NCBI GenBank assembly: GCA_030141605.1
Contig: JAQGDQ010000934.1
Coordinates: 15,313 to 79,312 of the forward strand
DNA from: Tubiluchus corallicola
Taxonomy: Eukaryota > Animalia > Priapulida
Length of the DNA: 64,000 bases
Direction: 5' to 3'
Shown here: positions 1 through 14,372 of the stretch, in pieces
Numbering within the stretch: position 1 is the stretch's first letter
How the letters are laid out: each line of letters starts with the position of its first letter
Program-made: the position numbers and the translations under genes
Notes under the pieces: model-generated
Database searches by the model: none
What the model saw: only the letters and a program-made list of their open reading frames with translations
Told to the model about the DNA's origin: nothing

Positions 1-87
1 CGTGGCTTCAGTAACTGTGTCAGTCAAGCAGATCATGCGTTATTGTTGTGATTCGAGGTGAGAAACCAAATGTCTACGTTCTGCGAG

Positions 88-485
88 ATCTTAAACTGTG
101 ACATTAAAATGTGAAATTTTAAACTGTGATGTTAACAATTGTACGTCGTGTGAAATCTTAAATTGTGACAGTAAAGATCGTACGTCGTGTGAAATTTTAA
201 GCTGTGATGTTAACAATTGTACGTTGTGTGAAATCTTAAATTGTGACATTAAAGATCGTATGTCGTGTGATATTTTAACCTGTGACATTATAAATTGAAC
301 GTTGCGTGAAATCTTAAATTGTGACACATTAAAGATCGTACGCCGTGTGATATTTTAAGCTGTGACATTATAAATTGAACGTCGCGTGAAATCTTAAATT
401 GTGACATTAAAGATCGTACGCCATGTGATATTTTAAGCTGTGACATTATGAATTGAACGTCGCGTGAAATCTTAAACTGTGGCAT
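88..485. repeat. Minisatellite, about 39-bp unit, about 10 copies, two alternating variants
   Basis: Repeating tgtgacattaaagatcgtacg..tgtgaaattttaa. Confidence 0.9.
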
Positions 486-971
486 TTTATACAGTAGATG
501 ATAAGAGAATCTGTTCTTAATATCTAAAAAATCACACATGACTAAGCGTGACTAAACGCCTTTGTCACCAGCATCTGAGGATGTTATGAGAAAATTCGGT
601 TGCAGTTGGACGGATGCAGGTAATTATGCTAATGTGATTAATGAGTGGCTATAATTATGATACGAAGCCACGTAAGAATTAAGAGTAGGCCGTTTCTGAA
701 AGAGATATCTTCTAGAGAATGTCGAGGACGAGGAAAACTAAAGTAGAAATTATTTAGCTTTTTCCAAGTTGCAGAAGTTAGCTTAACCTTTTTTTGTATG
801 ATGCAGATAAAGACTATTAAGCTTCTCTATATAGTACGTAAATAAACTTGTAGTGTTAAGAAGCCATACAGTGGAAGACTGCCAGATCAGCAAGTAATAA
901 CAGCAAATAAATGATCATTTATGAATAATTTTCTTAACAAGCACGTGTGCTGTGTTGAATGGTACATGACA

Positions 972-2402
972 GACCTTCACCTGTGAACCTATTCACACTT
1001 GTAACAAGAACAAACTGTAACCTAATCATCACTGTCCGTTTAAGACACCTTCAACTGTGAACATATTCACACTTGTAACAAGAACAAAATGTAACCTAAT
1101 CTTCACTGTCTCTTTAAGACACCTTCAGCTGTGAACCTATTCACACTTGTAACAAGAACCTATTCACACTTGTAACAAGAACAAACTGTAACCTAATCCT
1201 CACTGTCCCTTTAAGACACCTTCAGCTGTGAACCTATTCACACTTGTAACAAGAACCTATTCACACTTGTAACAAGAACAAACTGTAACCTAATCCTCAC
1301 TGTCCCTTTAAGACACCTTCACCTGTGAACCTATTCACACTTGTAACAAGAACAAACTGTAACCTAATCCTCACTGTCCCTTTAAGACACCTTCACCTGT
1401 GAACCTATTCACACTCGTAACAAGAACCTATTCACACTTGTAACAAGAACAAACTGTAACCTAGTCCTCACTGTAACGTTAAGACACCTTCAGCTGTGAA
1501 CCTATTCACACTTGTAACAAGAACCTATTCAAACTTGTAACAAGAACAAAATGTAACCTAATCCTCACTGTCCCTTTAAGACACCTTCAGCTGTGAACCT
1601 ATTCACACTTGTAACAAGAACCTATTCACACTTGTAACAAGAACAAACTGTAACCTAATCCTCACTGTCTGTTTAAGACACCTTCAGCTGTGAACCTATT
1701 CACACTTGTAACAAGAACCTATTCACACTTGTAACAAGAACCTATTCACACTGGTAACAAGAACCTATTCACACTTGTAACAAGAACAAACTGTAACCTA
1801 ATCCTCACTCTCCCTTTAAGACACCTTCAGCTGTGAACCTATTCACACTTGTAACAAGAACCTATTCACACTGGTAACAAGAACCTATTCACACTTGTAA
1901 CAAGAACAAACTGTAACCTAATTCTCACTGTCCGTTTAAGACACCTTCACCTGTGAACCTATTCACACTTGTAACAAGAACCTATTCACACTTGTAACAA
2001 GAACAAACTGTAACCTAGTCCTCACTATCCCTTTAAGACACCTTCAGCTGTGAACCAATTCACACTTGTAACAAGAACCTATTCACACTTATAACAAGAA
2101 CCTATTCACACTTGTAACAACAACCTATTCACACTTGTAACAAGAACAAACTGTAACCTAGTCCTCACTGTCCCTTTAAGACACATTCAACTGTGAACCT
2201 ATTCACACTTGTAACAAGAACAAACTGTAACCTAGTCCTCACTGTCCCTTTAAGACACCTTCAGCTGTGAACCTGTTCACACTTGTAACAAGAACCTATT
2301 CACACTTGTAACAAGAACCTATTCACACTTGTAACAAGAACCTATTCACACTTGTAACAAGAACAAAATGTAACCTAATCCTCACTGTAACTTTAAGACA
2401 CA
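972..2402. repeat. Compound minisatellite: 74-bp unit with 1-4 copies of an internal 23-bp subunit
   Basis: gacaccttcagctgtg[aacctattcacacttgtaacaag]n aacaaactgtaacctaatcctcactgtccctttaa. Confidence 0.95.
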
Positions 2403-3018
2403 CGAAGGTACTTCTGTAGTCGAGTAAAGGTGCGTAATTTTTCCCATATCGAAAAATTGGTGCTATAGGAAGCTCATATTCACATGTGTACAAATACAGT
2501 AGCTTAGTCAACAAAGAGGGTTGATCATTAGGAAATTTCCATGCGCGTTGGCTAAAATGTATCTAATAGAAGGGCAAGGTAAACAGGTCATTCAATGATG
2601 CATAAATCACTTTTGTCACACATAAATGTCTGTAGAATTATTTATGTATGTGTGCGTGTGTCTGAACGCGTGTCTGTGCATTAACAACACCAAATCATAA
2701 AGTCAGTTCTAGTGCTCACGAGAGAGGAATTATCCTGTGCTCATGATTCATGAATAACAAGCATTTCTCTAAACGAAACTTGATTATACAATTTTAGTTA
2801 GTAAATACGTTTTCGTGTGAGAGACTCAGATGTCTGAGGATTCACTTGGTAATAATGTAACTGGCTACAAGTACAAATTCAGTTGTTTAGCTTACAGCAA
2901 GGTCATTTATTACGATTGCAATAAACTAAGCATTAGGGTTTCGCGAAGAGGATCCTTCGTATATTAAACAATTAGATGTCTTTAAATAATTAATTAAGAT
3001 TAGATAATAATAACTTAC

Positions 3019-3657
3019 ATTAAATAATAATTACCTTAGATACTCAAATTTCGTTAAACTTTCAAAGCTACGCGCGGCTCAGTGAATCTACTAAGATTGG
3101 CAGCGGTGCCTTTTTGTCACATTCGCGTGGCCGACAAATAGAAGGCGGTACCGTGATAGCCATGATCATGAACTGCAGGGTTAGTTTCTGACGTCATATG
3201 ATATAGAGCCCATTTTTGTGACATCACGCGTTTAAACAGTAATACTTACGCAAACGTGCTGGACGCGCAAGGGAAGATGCCTGCGATTGCATAAACTGTG
3301 GTTAGTTTCTGACGTAAGCAATAGCTGTGTTCGGTTGCCGTTAATTAACTTTCTAAGCTAATTATTCAAATATAAGAAACAATTGCTAACTTTTAGAGGC
3401 AAGAAAATGTATATTTTGGACGGTAAATTAGAATGAGATTGAGTCTAAACAATTGTCCAGTCTTCCTTTAATGTTTCCTTTAATGTTCACAATTACTGAT
3501 GTATCACAAACACTCAACGCTCGCTCATGTAATATAAACTCCCTCGTCACCCACTCCTGTAATTTACTTGGAACGAGCACTGCTACAATTACGCCAACCT
3601 TGCAAAGAGTTTGAAATGATTTTTCTCCAAGCGGGAGGTAATTTATCGACAAATTTT
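3019..3657. mobile_element. Dispersed repeat family C (Kolobok-like end ...ttcctttaa), copy 1
   Basis: Collinear, high-identity match to 25125-25761. Confidence 0.7.
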
Positions 3658-4494
3658 AGTTAGATAAACACTGACGAAGTCTAGAAATGACACACTTGGG
3701 AAAAATTACAACCTCTCCATGAAAATGTTAATTTGCTTGGCTACACCCAGAGGGCGCAGGATGTAAATGGCACACAAACCTACAGGCAAAAGTTCACGAT
3801 GTCATAATGTCTACCTTTACGTTTGACAAGTTGTATAAATTAAAGAACTCATAAGATGAAGTGAGAATTTTATAAATGAGTACCTCTGAAACTTGAACCA
3901 GCACAAATTAGCAGCAAAAGAAGCTTGTGGAAATTGTAACTGTATATTTTATGGTGCTGCCATCTATTAGCTAATCCTTTTACATTTTACTAGCTAAACT
4001 CACCCCTACTATAATTGTATGGTCCAGTGAATATGCATATTCACTGGATCTCTCCCTATTTTACAGTAATGGTTTTTGTGAAGCCAAGTTTGCATAATTA
4101 CCTATACATTTATATATACTGACTGGATTTTACTTTCTAGTCACTGTCTCACTCTCAGTGCAGTGCAGCAGTCGTGCTAATCATGCTACTGTCTAACTCT
4201 CAGTGATCAGTGCAGGACACTCTTGTTCTCAGTGTTCACTGTAGCAGTCATTCTACATATGTGTATGTAGTCTAATAAACGCTTTTGTGCAGATATGTAG
4301 TATAGTGTTTTATTCTTTTTCTACAAAGTGATTCATCTACAACCTCAAACATGACTTTCACAAAGCTTTTACTTAGATAGACTGCAGGAGCCCAGGACTT
4401 GGGAAAATCATTTCCAATAGCTAATGATTCTGCAGTGAGCAGGTTCACATTATTAAACTTGAATACGCGTACAATTAGGTCATTTATTGCTTAA

Positions 4495-5167
4495 AGCACA
4501 AGAAAACTCTCCACTTACATAAAGCTTAAAAAAATTCGTCTCGAAATCTTATACTACTTCCATACTACCTTTTTGCATGCAGGGATTGCGTCGGTAGTAA
4601 CGCTGTGTAAAACGTGTAAATATAAACTCCGGCGATGATCGTTAGGTGCAGCCATTTTGATGGTAGGTCGTTTGAAACAAGTTTAGATAACATTGTGTAA
4701 AGTTTGAAAAAATAATCAGAGCATTCGTAGCACACATGTTACTAATTAAGTAAAATTTTAAATTACTGTATCTTGTCAATAAGATTAAAAATACGCTTTG
4801 TGGTTAGTGAGTGGCGCACCCTGGAGGGTGAGTCAGCGACATTTTACTAATTGGCAAAAACATTTTAAATTATTATTTCTACTTACATAAGTCTTTCAAG
4901 CAGGTAAGTGAAATACTAATCAATATAACTTTTCATGGAAGGTTTTTTGGGACATAATTTAACATTGTCTTTTCTTCCCCTGATTTACGTGGCGTAGTGA
5001 CGTCATGTAATGGCGCCATTGGAACAGTGTCGCGGGAGATTTAAAATGAAAACAAACAAAAATTCCTTTCAACGCGAATACGATTTATGCATAAAATTGC
5101 TATAGAGTAATATAATTTTTAAGGCGATTTTTCTGAAACCTACTTCAAGTGCCCCTTTTCTTGTCCT
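4495..5167. mobile_element. TTAA-specific non-autonomous DNA transposon (Kolobok-like family A)
   Basis: TTAA on both sides; TIR agcacaagaaaa / ttttcttgtcct; inverted homologue at 47680-48362. Confidence 0.8.
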
Positions 5168-6364
5168 TTAAACCAATAGATGAGCCATAAGAGCGGTTGT
5201 ATAGATTCACTTCTGGTATGATCACTAAATGCCAGATAATAATGATCTGTTGAAGTTGTATGTTACTAACTGTAAAATATTCCAATGTATACATGACTTT
5301 ATATTACGTACTAAACACTTCCAGTAGTTTCTATGTGATATAAAATGCATCAGTCTTAAATAATCGTACATTAATATTTACTAACCGTCATTTTCTACTA
5401 ATGTCTAATGTATCACTGTAGTAAAACTTTAGTATACTAAAAACTAAGTATAGTCTATTCTTACTGTAAATGTTCTTGTAAATAGTGTATAAAGTCTGTG
5501 GTGGTGAGGATCCTAAATCATGTTGTTCAAACTGTCTGATCCAATCCTAAATAAATTACGTTTAAACTAATGTCAGATAAACCTTGCATACTGTCTAACA
5601 AACAATTAGTGAAACTAAACGCTACTCTAACTCAAAAGCCCAGGTCAAAGTTTTGGTCACGTGTTTATCCAGCTATAGTTCAATGCATGTCAACGCTCAA
5701 ACCGACTTGCACAGACAAGAGCTATGCAATTAATGAGTGAAGTATATTATTAAATTAAAACACTGCACAGACTGTATAATGAAAAATGATGTCACTAATA
5801 ATCCCCTGTTAACACAGCCGTGTAAATCATTTTAATAGCAGTTTGCACGAGTCAACAAAACTAATGAATTTTGATTTATAAACGCGCAATGAAAAAGTTA
5901 ATTACGAATTAGAATTTGCAGTGTCTACGTTAAAGAGGCACTACCTACTACCATCTGCAAAAGATACTGCAAAACTGACAGAAGTCAGTGCACGTTTAAT
6001 AAGAATTTGACAGAAGCCATTATTTTATACAGGTCAATAGGACAATTTTAATTCCTGAACTCATTTTGTTAAACATTTTTGTTTCGTAAATAAACTAGTT
6101 TTTTAATTCAGTTTTATTAAGATTATAAGAAAATCTGGCATAAGCATAATGCATTAACATCTGAGCACTAAAAAGTCTCACTTCTTTCATTTAGGAGTGA
6201 TAAACTGTTAAACTGATACCAGGAGGCACGTGGCTGTATATAGTTTTCATTTCTCTACTAAGTTATTGATTTTTCGTCAATGCTATTAAAACAGCCTTCT
6301 ACAGCACAAAAGACTCTGCAATCAAAATCACATTTTCGTATCCAAAATTCCATTCCAGCAACAC

Positions 6365-7016
6365 AATAAAGAGGACCAGTTAAACTAAGTTAAAAGCATT
6401 GGATTATGATAGATAATTATGTTGATGAATGCTGGTATGAAGCCAGTTAAGGAGTGGTGTCACGTGAGTAAGTGATTCAGAATCGAGGCGTCGAAGCTCC
6501 CCGCACGATATATAAGCCTTGTGATGCGCCCAGCTGGGGGAATTAGACTGAGTCTGGGAGCCGGAGCAGAGAGGGTAAGATCAGAGGCTTGGCATTGCTA
6601 ATTGTTATATCTATTGTGTTTGATGTTTAATAAACGTGTAGTTTTATCATCAGACTCTTCATAGTTTTTTTGCCATTCCTAAAACACCAATAATCAGCTC
6701 AGCTCAGGGGATTGAGTCTGGGAGCTGAAGGAGAGCAGGCTAGATCAGGGGATTGAGTCTGGGAGCTGAAGGAGAGCAAGCTAGACCAGGGGATTGAGTC
6801 TGGGAGCTGAAGGAGAGCAAGCTAGACCAGGGGATTGAGTCTGGGAGCTGAAGGAGAGCAAGCTAGATCAGGGGGCTTGGCGTTACTATCTGTTGTATTT
6901 ATTGTGTTTGATGTTCAATAAATGTGTAGTTTTATCATCAGACTCTTCATAGTTTTGCCATTCCTAAAACACCAATAATCAGCTACACACAACTAATACA
7001 ACGCATTATTTTTACT
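6365..7016 (+). mobile_element. Second solo LTR-like copy with internal duplication and about 4 x 41-bp repeats
   Basis: Homologous to 50118-50478 and flanked by aacac direct repeats (6360-6364, 7017-7021). The 3' half is duplicated. Confidence 0.7.
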
Positions 7017-7735
7017 AACACTATTGCCACACTTTACTCATCCGTCATCCTTTATCTACATCTGCCTCTAGATGTCTGAGGAAGAGGAAAATCTGGATCT
7101 AGGAATCACCAAGTCCCAGAATTTGACCATGTGTCTACCAGGCGGGATTTTTTTTTATCAGAACAGCATGTGAAACGGCATAAACACGCATGCGGTCGAG
7201 GTAATTTATGTTGCGGAACTTTGACAAGACAAAATTCGTAAACAAGCCGACCCAAGACGATGTTTCCCTGCAGCCAATCACAACCGTATAACCTTTACTG
7301 CGACACCCGTAAACAAGGGTATAATAATTTACACTCCAACAGGCATGTTCGCCCTCTGGCGGGCATTTGAATTCATGAGTTGGAAGAGATGGAGGATCGG
7401 TCTCCTTTTACTTCTAGCAGCTGTGAAGAACTTTTATAGTTAGAGGATGATCGCCATCACTGCTGTTACCCCCCCCATCACGGATTCAGCACCTCTTGTC
7501 GTAATACCTCTATTGGAATCGTCGTCTCTTCGCGTTTTGCCGTCCTCATATTCAAGATACTCATGCGAAGGTGGTACGGTGCGTGGTCAAATGGTCTAAA
7601 CCATCTGCATTCAATAACTTTTGGGATTGCTTGCATAAAAGTCGTGTAGACATTGTACACATGTTGAACACATTTTTAAATTTATCTAAGCCACTCATCA
7701 GTGTACGTAACTGCCCTAGGTAAATTTTGGGTCCG

Positions 7736-7897
7736 TATATATATATATACATATACACATACATATACATAAATATACATACATATGTATGTGTATGTGT
7801 ATGTGTATGTGCATATGTACGTATCTGTATATATATATATGTACATATATATATGTATATACACACGTACATATACATATACATACATACATATACA

Positions 7898-7938
<41 letters not shown>

Positions 7939-7957
7939 GTTTTTGTATATGTATATA
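7736..7957. repeat. (TA/CA/TG)n compound microsatellite
   Basis: Direct inspection. Confidence 0.95.
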
Positions 7958-8243
7958 AAATAACACTTCGAGTAAGATTAAAATAACTATTTAAGCCAAA
8001 ATTTAGTTTAACAAATGCAGGTTACGACATTATCATTTTTAGACACGCAATCGTGATCAACTTGTAATTCAATTCAACTGTGATTTGTTACTTATCATTA
8101 CAGGTACAATGCGGCATATAGTGATACATGATCAAGTACTGCTTGTTCCTAAGCTAGATATTAACTAACATAGTCTGTTAATGATTTTACACTTATGTTC
8201 TTAATAAGAACTCGATAATAGGTTTCGTTAGTAGTCAGGCGTC

Positions 8244-10846
8244 TGCTGATACGACACTATGTTACCCTGTCCATCTCTCCAAATCCTGATGCCTCATGCT
8301 GATACGACACTATGTTACCCTGTCCATGTCCCCAAATCCTGATGCCTCATGCTGATACGACACTATGTTACCCTGTCCATCTCTCCAAATCCTGATGCCT
8401 CATGCTGATACGACACTATGTTACCCTGTCCATGTCTCCAAATCCTGATGCCTCATGTTGATACGACACAATGTTACCCTGTCCATGTCTCCAAATCCTG
8501 ATGCCTCATGCTGATACGACACAATGTTACCCTGTCCATCTCTCCAAATCCTGATGCCTCATGTTGATACGACACTATGTTGCCCTGTCCATCTCTCCAA
8601 ATCCTGATGCCTCATGCTGATACGACACAATGTTACCCTGTCCATGTCTCCAAATCCTGATGCCTCATGCTGATACGACACAATGTTACCCTGTCCATGT
8701 CTCCAAATCCTGATGCCTCATGCTGATACGACACTATGTTACCCTGTCCATCTCTCCAAATCCTGATGCCTCATGCTGATACGACACTATGTTACCCTGT
8801 CCATGTCTCCAAATCCTGATGCCTCATGTTGATACGACAATATGTTACCCTGTCCATCTCCCCAAATCCTGATGCCTCATGCTGATACGACACAATGTTA
8901 CCCTGTCCATGTCTCCAAATCCTGATGCCTCATGCTGATACGACACTATGTTACCCTGTCCATCTCTCCAAATCCTGATGCCTCATGCTGATACGACACT
9001 ATGTTACCCTGTCCATCTCTCCAAATCCTGATGCCTCATGTTGATACGACACAATGTTACCCTGTCCATGTCTCCAAATCCTGATGCCTCATGTTGATAC
9101 GACACAATGTTACCCTGTCCATCTCTCCAAATCCTGATGCCTCATGTTGATACGACAATATGTTACCCTGTCCATCTCCCCAAATCCTGATGCCTCATGC
9201 TGATACGACACAATGTTACCCTGTCCATGTCTCCAAATCCTGATGCCTCATGCTGATACGACACTATGTTACCCTGTCCATCTCTCCAAATCCTGATGCC
9301 TCATGCTGATACGACACTATGTTACCCTGTCCATCTCTCCAAATCCTGATGCCTCATGTTGATACGACACAATGTTACCCTGTCCATGTCTCCAAATCCT
9401 GATGCCTCATGTTGATACGACACAATGTTACCCTGTCCATCTCTCCAAATCCTGATGCCTCATGTTGATACGACACAATGTTACCCTGTCCATGTCTCCA
9501 AATCCTGATGCCTCATGCTGATACGACACAATGTTACCCTGTCCATCTCCCCAAATCCTGATGCCTCATGTTGATACGACACAATGTTACCCTGTCCATC
9601 TCTCCAAATCCTGATGCCTCATGTTGATATGACACAATGTTACCCTGTCCATGTCTCCAAATCCTGATGCCTCATGTTGATACGACACTATGTTACCCTG
9701 TCCATCTCCCCAAATCCTGATGCCTCATGCTGATACGACACAATGTTACCCTGTCCATCTCTCCAAATCCTGATGCCTCATGTTGATACGACACTATGTT
9801 ACCCTGTCCATCTCTCCAAATCCTGATGCCTCATGCTGATACGACACAATGTTACCCTGTCCATGTCTCCAAATCCTGATGCCTCATGTTGATACGACAC
9901 AATGTTACCCTGTCCATCTCTCCAAATCCTGATGCCTCATGCTGATACGACAATATGTTACCCTGTCCATCTCTCCAAATCCTGATGCCTCATGCTGATA
10001 CGACACTATGTTACCCTGTCCATCTCTCCAAATCCTGATGCCTCATGTTGATACGACACAATGTTACCCTGTCCATGTCTCCAAATCCTGATGCCTCATG
10101 TTGATACGACACAATGTTACCCTGTCCATGTCTCCAAATCCTGATGCCTCATGCTGATACGACAATATGTTACCCTGTCCATCTCTCCAAATCCTGATGC
10201 CTCATGCTGATACGACACAATGTTACCCTGTCCATGTCTCCAAATCCTGATGCCTCATGCTGATACGACACTATGTTACCCTGTCCATGTCTCCAAATCC
10301 TGATGCCTCATGCTGATACGACACAATGTTACCCTGTCCATGTCTCCAAATCCTGATGCCTCATGTTGATACGACACTATGTTACCCTGTCCAAATCTCC
10401 AAATCCTGATGCCTCATGCTGATACGACACTATGTTACCCTGTCCATGTCTCCAAATCCTGATGCCTCATGCTGATACGACACAATGTTACCCTGTCCAT
10501 CTCTCCAAATCCTGATGCCTCATGCTGATACGACACTATGTTACCCTGTCCATGTCTCCAAATCCTGATGCATCATGCTGATACGACACAATGTTACCCT
10601 GTCCATGTCTCCAAATCCTGATGCCTCATGTTGATACGACACTATGTTACCCTGTCCAAATCTCCAAATCCTGATGCCTCATGCTGATACGACACTATGT
10701 TACCCTGTCCATGTCTCCAAATCCTGATGCCTCATGCTGATACGACACAATGTTACCCTGTCCATCTCTCCAAATCCTGATGCCTTGTGTTGATACGACA
10801 CAATGTTACCCTGTCCATGTCTCCAAATCCTGATGCCTCATGTTGA
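8244..10846. repeat. Minisatellite, 53-bp unit, about 49 copies
   Basis: gctgatacgacactatgttaccctgtccatctctccaaatcctgatgcctcat. Confidence 0.97.
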
Positions 10847-10912
10847 AAGTGTAGTGGAAGCCTTCAGATGAAATCTTTGCGAGTTTTTATTTTTTCCCAC
10901 GTTTTTTTTCAG

Positions 10913-11322
10913 TTTGTTGTCTTCCCTTCCCACATGATCTTCACCGACTCTTCTTTTCAGGCGTCCATACCATCACAATCTTGCGAGGCTTCCACTACTT
11001 TTACTGTTCCTCTGATATTATTATTTCTAATTTTATCTCTTCTTCTTATTCCCACCATCCATCTCAACATCCTCATCTCCACCACACCCATTTTCCTCTC
11101 TTCGGTCTTCTTTAGAGAAGCTGCTTCCAGCCCATAGATTACAGCGGGTCTGACCACTATCTTTGTGGACTTTCCCTTTAAGTCTCACCGACTCATTCAT
11201 AGAAGGTTTTGGCGCAGTTTTTACAGGCGGATGCCCTTCCTGACCCTAACCCTCCCTATTTATCCGGGCTTGGGACCGGCACTGAGTTGGGCTGGCTTGC
11301 CCCCCCCCCCCGTGGCTAGGTT
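10913..11322 (-). mobile_element. Second copy of the bipartite RTE element, lacking the 3' tail
   Basis: Reverse complement of about 62633-63035 with the same internal deletion junction. Confidence 0.85.
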
Positions 11323-12424
11323 AATGTGTGAACATTTGTACTGCTAAAATAACCCTATTATAGAACCACTTCTGAGCTGTACAGTACTAATGAAAACTGC
11401 CATCAGAAACAAGAACACTGTTACCATGCACAAAGGAAAAACATTATAGCTCCACTCGAAGACTGAAATATCATCGCACTTCAAAGCGATTATCATACGC
11501 TTCACGTTTGAAATCTTTTTGATGAAAAGTCATCATGATCTTGCAGTCGTTAAATTCTTCAAGGTTTGTACGTTAATGATTCGGATTATATGTTGGCTAT
11601 TGTTGTAAACGGGTTGAAATCATTAAAACTGTAGTATATAAGGCTTGTGCTTTAAAGAACAAGAAAATGGCCAACCAAAGTAAACCTCAGAAAATTCGCA
11701 ATAAAAAATTATATCACCCAAGTATAATCTTAAGCGAATAAACTAATCACGTTTTCGCATTTCGCAATGAGATCTTCACAGTCAAAATTAATTCAAATGT
11801 GGTCAAAACTTATATTGTACATCAATGTAATATTTGCTAATTTTACACTATTAGCTAATTAGCTAATAAAAACAAAACAAAATGTTTTCTTTTCTGGGCA
11901 GTTTTTATAGGTTCCACAACCATCAACATTAAACAGGCTCAGCCATTTGAGCGTGTTTGATACAAATAGTATAATGTCGAGCGTGTTTAGCAAAAGCGTG
12001 ATTCTGATACCATAACAGCTTTCAGCTTTGCACTCCATCGTAAGAGCAGCTACGACCAGCGTCATCAGGCACCTCATTTTAAATGCACCTTCACTGACAA
12101 AACGCAACACAATTAACACTTAGAGAGGCAGAGGCAAGTGTAAGAGCCTCGCAGTTCTAATGGCTTTAATCGATCCAGAAAAAAAGGAAGTTTTAAAAGC
12201 CGTTTGCTGCTCGCGTGTTGAGTTGCCGCCCTTTTTCCTGCGTTTTGTTCAAGACAGCGCGACACGGCAACGGCACAAATGAACATCCCTGAGGGACGCC
12301 CGAAAGCCTGCTGAGGCGTGATTGAGTGTGAATATTTTATGAAGTGGCTTGTCAGTTATCCTAATAGGGTTTCTCCTCAGTGATCACGACAGGCTTCAGA
12401 TTATTGGAAAATAGATGTACTTAC

Positions 12425-13675
12425 TTGTCAGCAACAATCATGCTACTTCAGGAGGCATGCGGAGGGACACAACATTGTCAGCAACAATCATGCTACTTCA
12501 GGAGGCATGCGGAGACACACAACATTGTCAGCAACAATCATGCTACTACAGGAAGCATGCGGAGGGACACCACATTGTCAGCAACAATCACGCTACTTCA
12601 GGAGGCATGCGGAGACACACAACATTGTCAGCAACAATCATGCTACTTCAGGAAGCATGCGGAGGCACACAACGTTGTCAGCAACAATCATGCTACTTCA
12701 GGAAGCATGCGGAGGCACACAACGTTGTCAGCAGCAATCATGCTACTTCAGCAAGCATGCGGAGGGACACCACATTGTCAGCAGCAATCATGCTACTTCA
12801 GGAGGCATGCGGAGGGACACAACATTGTCAGCAGCAATCATGCTACTTCAGGAAGCATGCGGAGGGACACAACATTGTCAGCAACAATCATGCTACTTCA
12901 GGAAGCATGCGGAGGGACACAACATTGTCAGCAACAATCATGCTACTTCAGGAGGCATGCGGAGGGACACAACATTGTCAGCAACAATCATGCTACTTCA
13001 GGAGGCATGCGGAGGGACACAACATTGTCAGCAGCAATCATGCTACTTCAGCAAGCATGCGGAGGGAGACAACATTGTCAGCAACAATCATGCTACTTCA
13101 GGAAGCATGCGGAGGGACACAACATTGTCAGCAACAATCATGCTACTACAGGAGGCATGCGGAGGGATACAACATTGTCAGCAACAATCATGCTACTTCA
13201 GGAGGCATGCGGAGGGACACAACATTGTCAGCAACAATCATGCTACTTCAGGAGGCATGCGGAGGGACACAACATTGTCAGCAGCAATCATGCTACTTCA
13301 GCAAGCATGCGGAGGGAGACAACATTGTCAGCAACAATCATGCTACTTCAGGAGGCATGCGGAGGGACACAACATTGTCAGCAACAATCATGCTACTACA
13401 GGAGGCATGCGGAGGGACACAACATTGTCAGCAACAATCATGCTACTGCAGGAAGCATGCGGAGGGATACAACATTGTCAGCAACAATCTTGCTACTTCA
13501 GGAAGCATGCGGAGGGACACAACATTGTCAGCAACAATCATGCTACTACAGGAGGCATGCGGAGGGATACAACATTGTCAGCAACAATCATGCTACTTCA
13601 GGAGGCATGCGGAGGGACACAACATTGTCAGCAACAATCATGCTACTTCAGCAAGCATGCGGAGGGATACAACAA
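12425..13675. repeat. Minisatellite, 50-bp unit, about 25 copies (left arm of inverted duplication)
   Basis: aacattgtcagcaacaatcatgctacttcaggaggcatgcggagggacac. Confidence 0.97.
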
Positions 13676-13967
13676 TAATTACAACAATTTCCTCAAGCAG
13701 TAAAATTTCACAGTTACGTTAACTTCACTACGTTACAGTAATTTTATCTTCACGGGTCTGTGAAAATGTTCCCGACGATACGCTTGATTAGTTAGGTAAT
13801 GAATTAACAAACAGAGCAACGTATATCAGAAGTGTGAGCAACATGGGTCAAAAATCTAAAATCTCGAGAGCACTGGAAATGGGGGTTTGTAGTATTGTAT
13901 TTAGATAAGAGTCAGTATTAAGAACGTGCCAATAAAAACCTAATGCTGTAGAGTCTGTTTGCCCCCC

Positions 13968-14028
13968 CTCTCGCTCCTCTCTCTTGCTCTCTCTCTCTCC
14001 CTCCTGTCTCTCTCTCCCTACTATCTCC

Positions 14029-14110
<82 letters not shown>

Positions 14111-14177
14111 CCTTTCTCTTTCTCTCTCTATCTTACCTGTAAAAAGAGGTTAATAAAAGAGTTATAATAATAATCTT

Positions 14178-14225
<48 letters not shown>

Positions 14226-14228
14226 TTG

Positions 14229-14311
<83 letters not shown>

Positions 14312-14372
14312 TCTCTTTCTGTCTCTCTCTCTCTCTCTCTCTCTCACTCACCCACTCACTCACTCACTCACA
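13968..14372. repeat. (CT)n microsatellites
   Basis: Direct inspection. Confidence 0.95.

Noticed and set aside
3671-3695. Penelope-type hammerhead start ctgacgaagtctagaaatgac
   Set aside because: The GAAA box and stem III are missing after stem II; at most a remnant.
3745-7365. CTCF-like motifs (ccagagggcgc near 3748; cgccctctggcgg near 7350)
   Set aside because: Short motifs within probable TE remnants, with no independent support.
8244-10846. CRISPR-like or hammerhead array (ctgatg motif)
   Set aside because: There are no unique spacers, no cas genes and no CUGAnGA..GAAA core; the context is eukaryotic.
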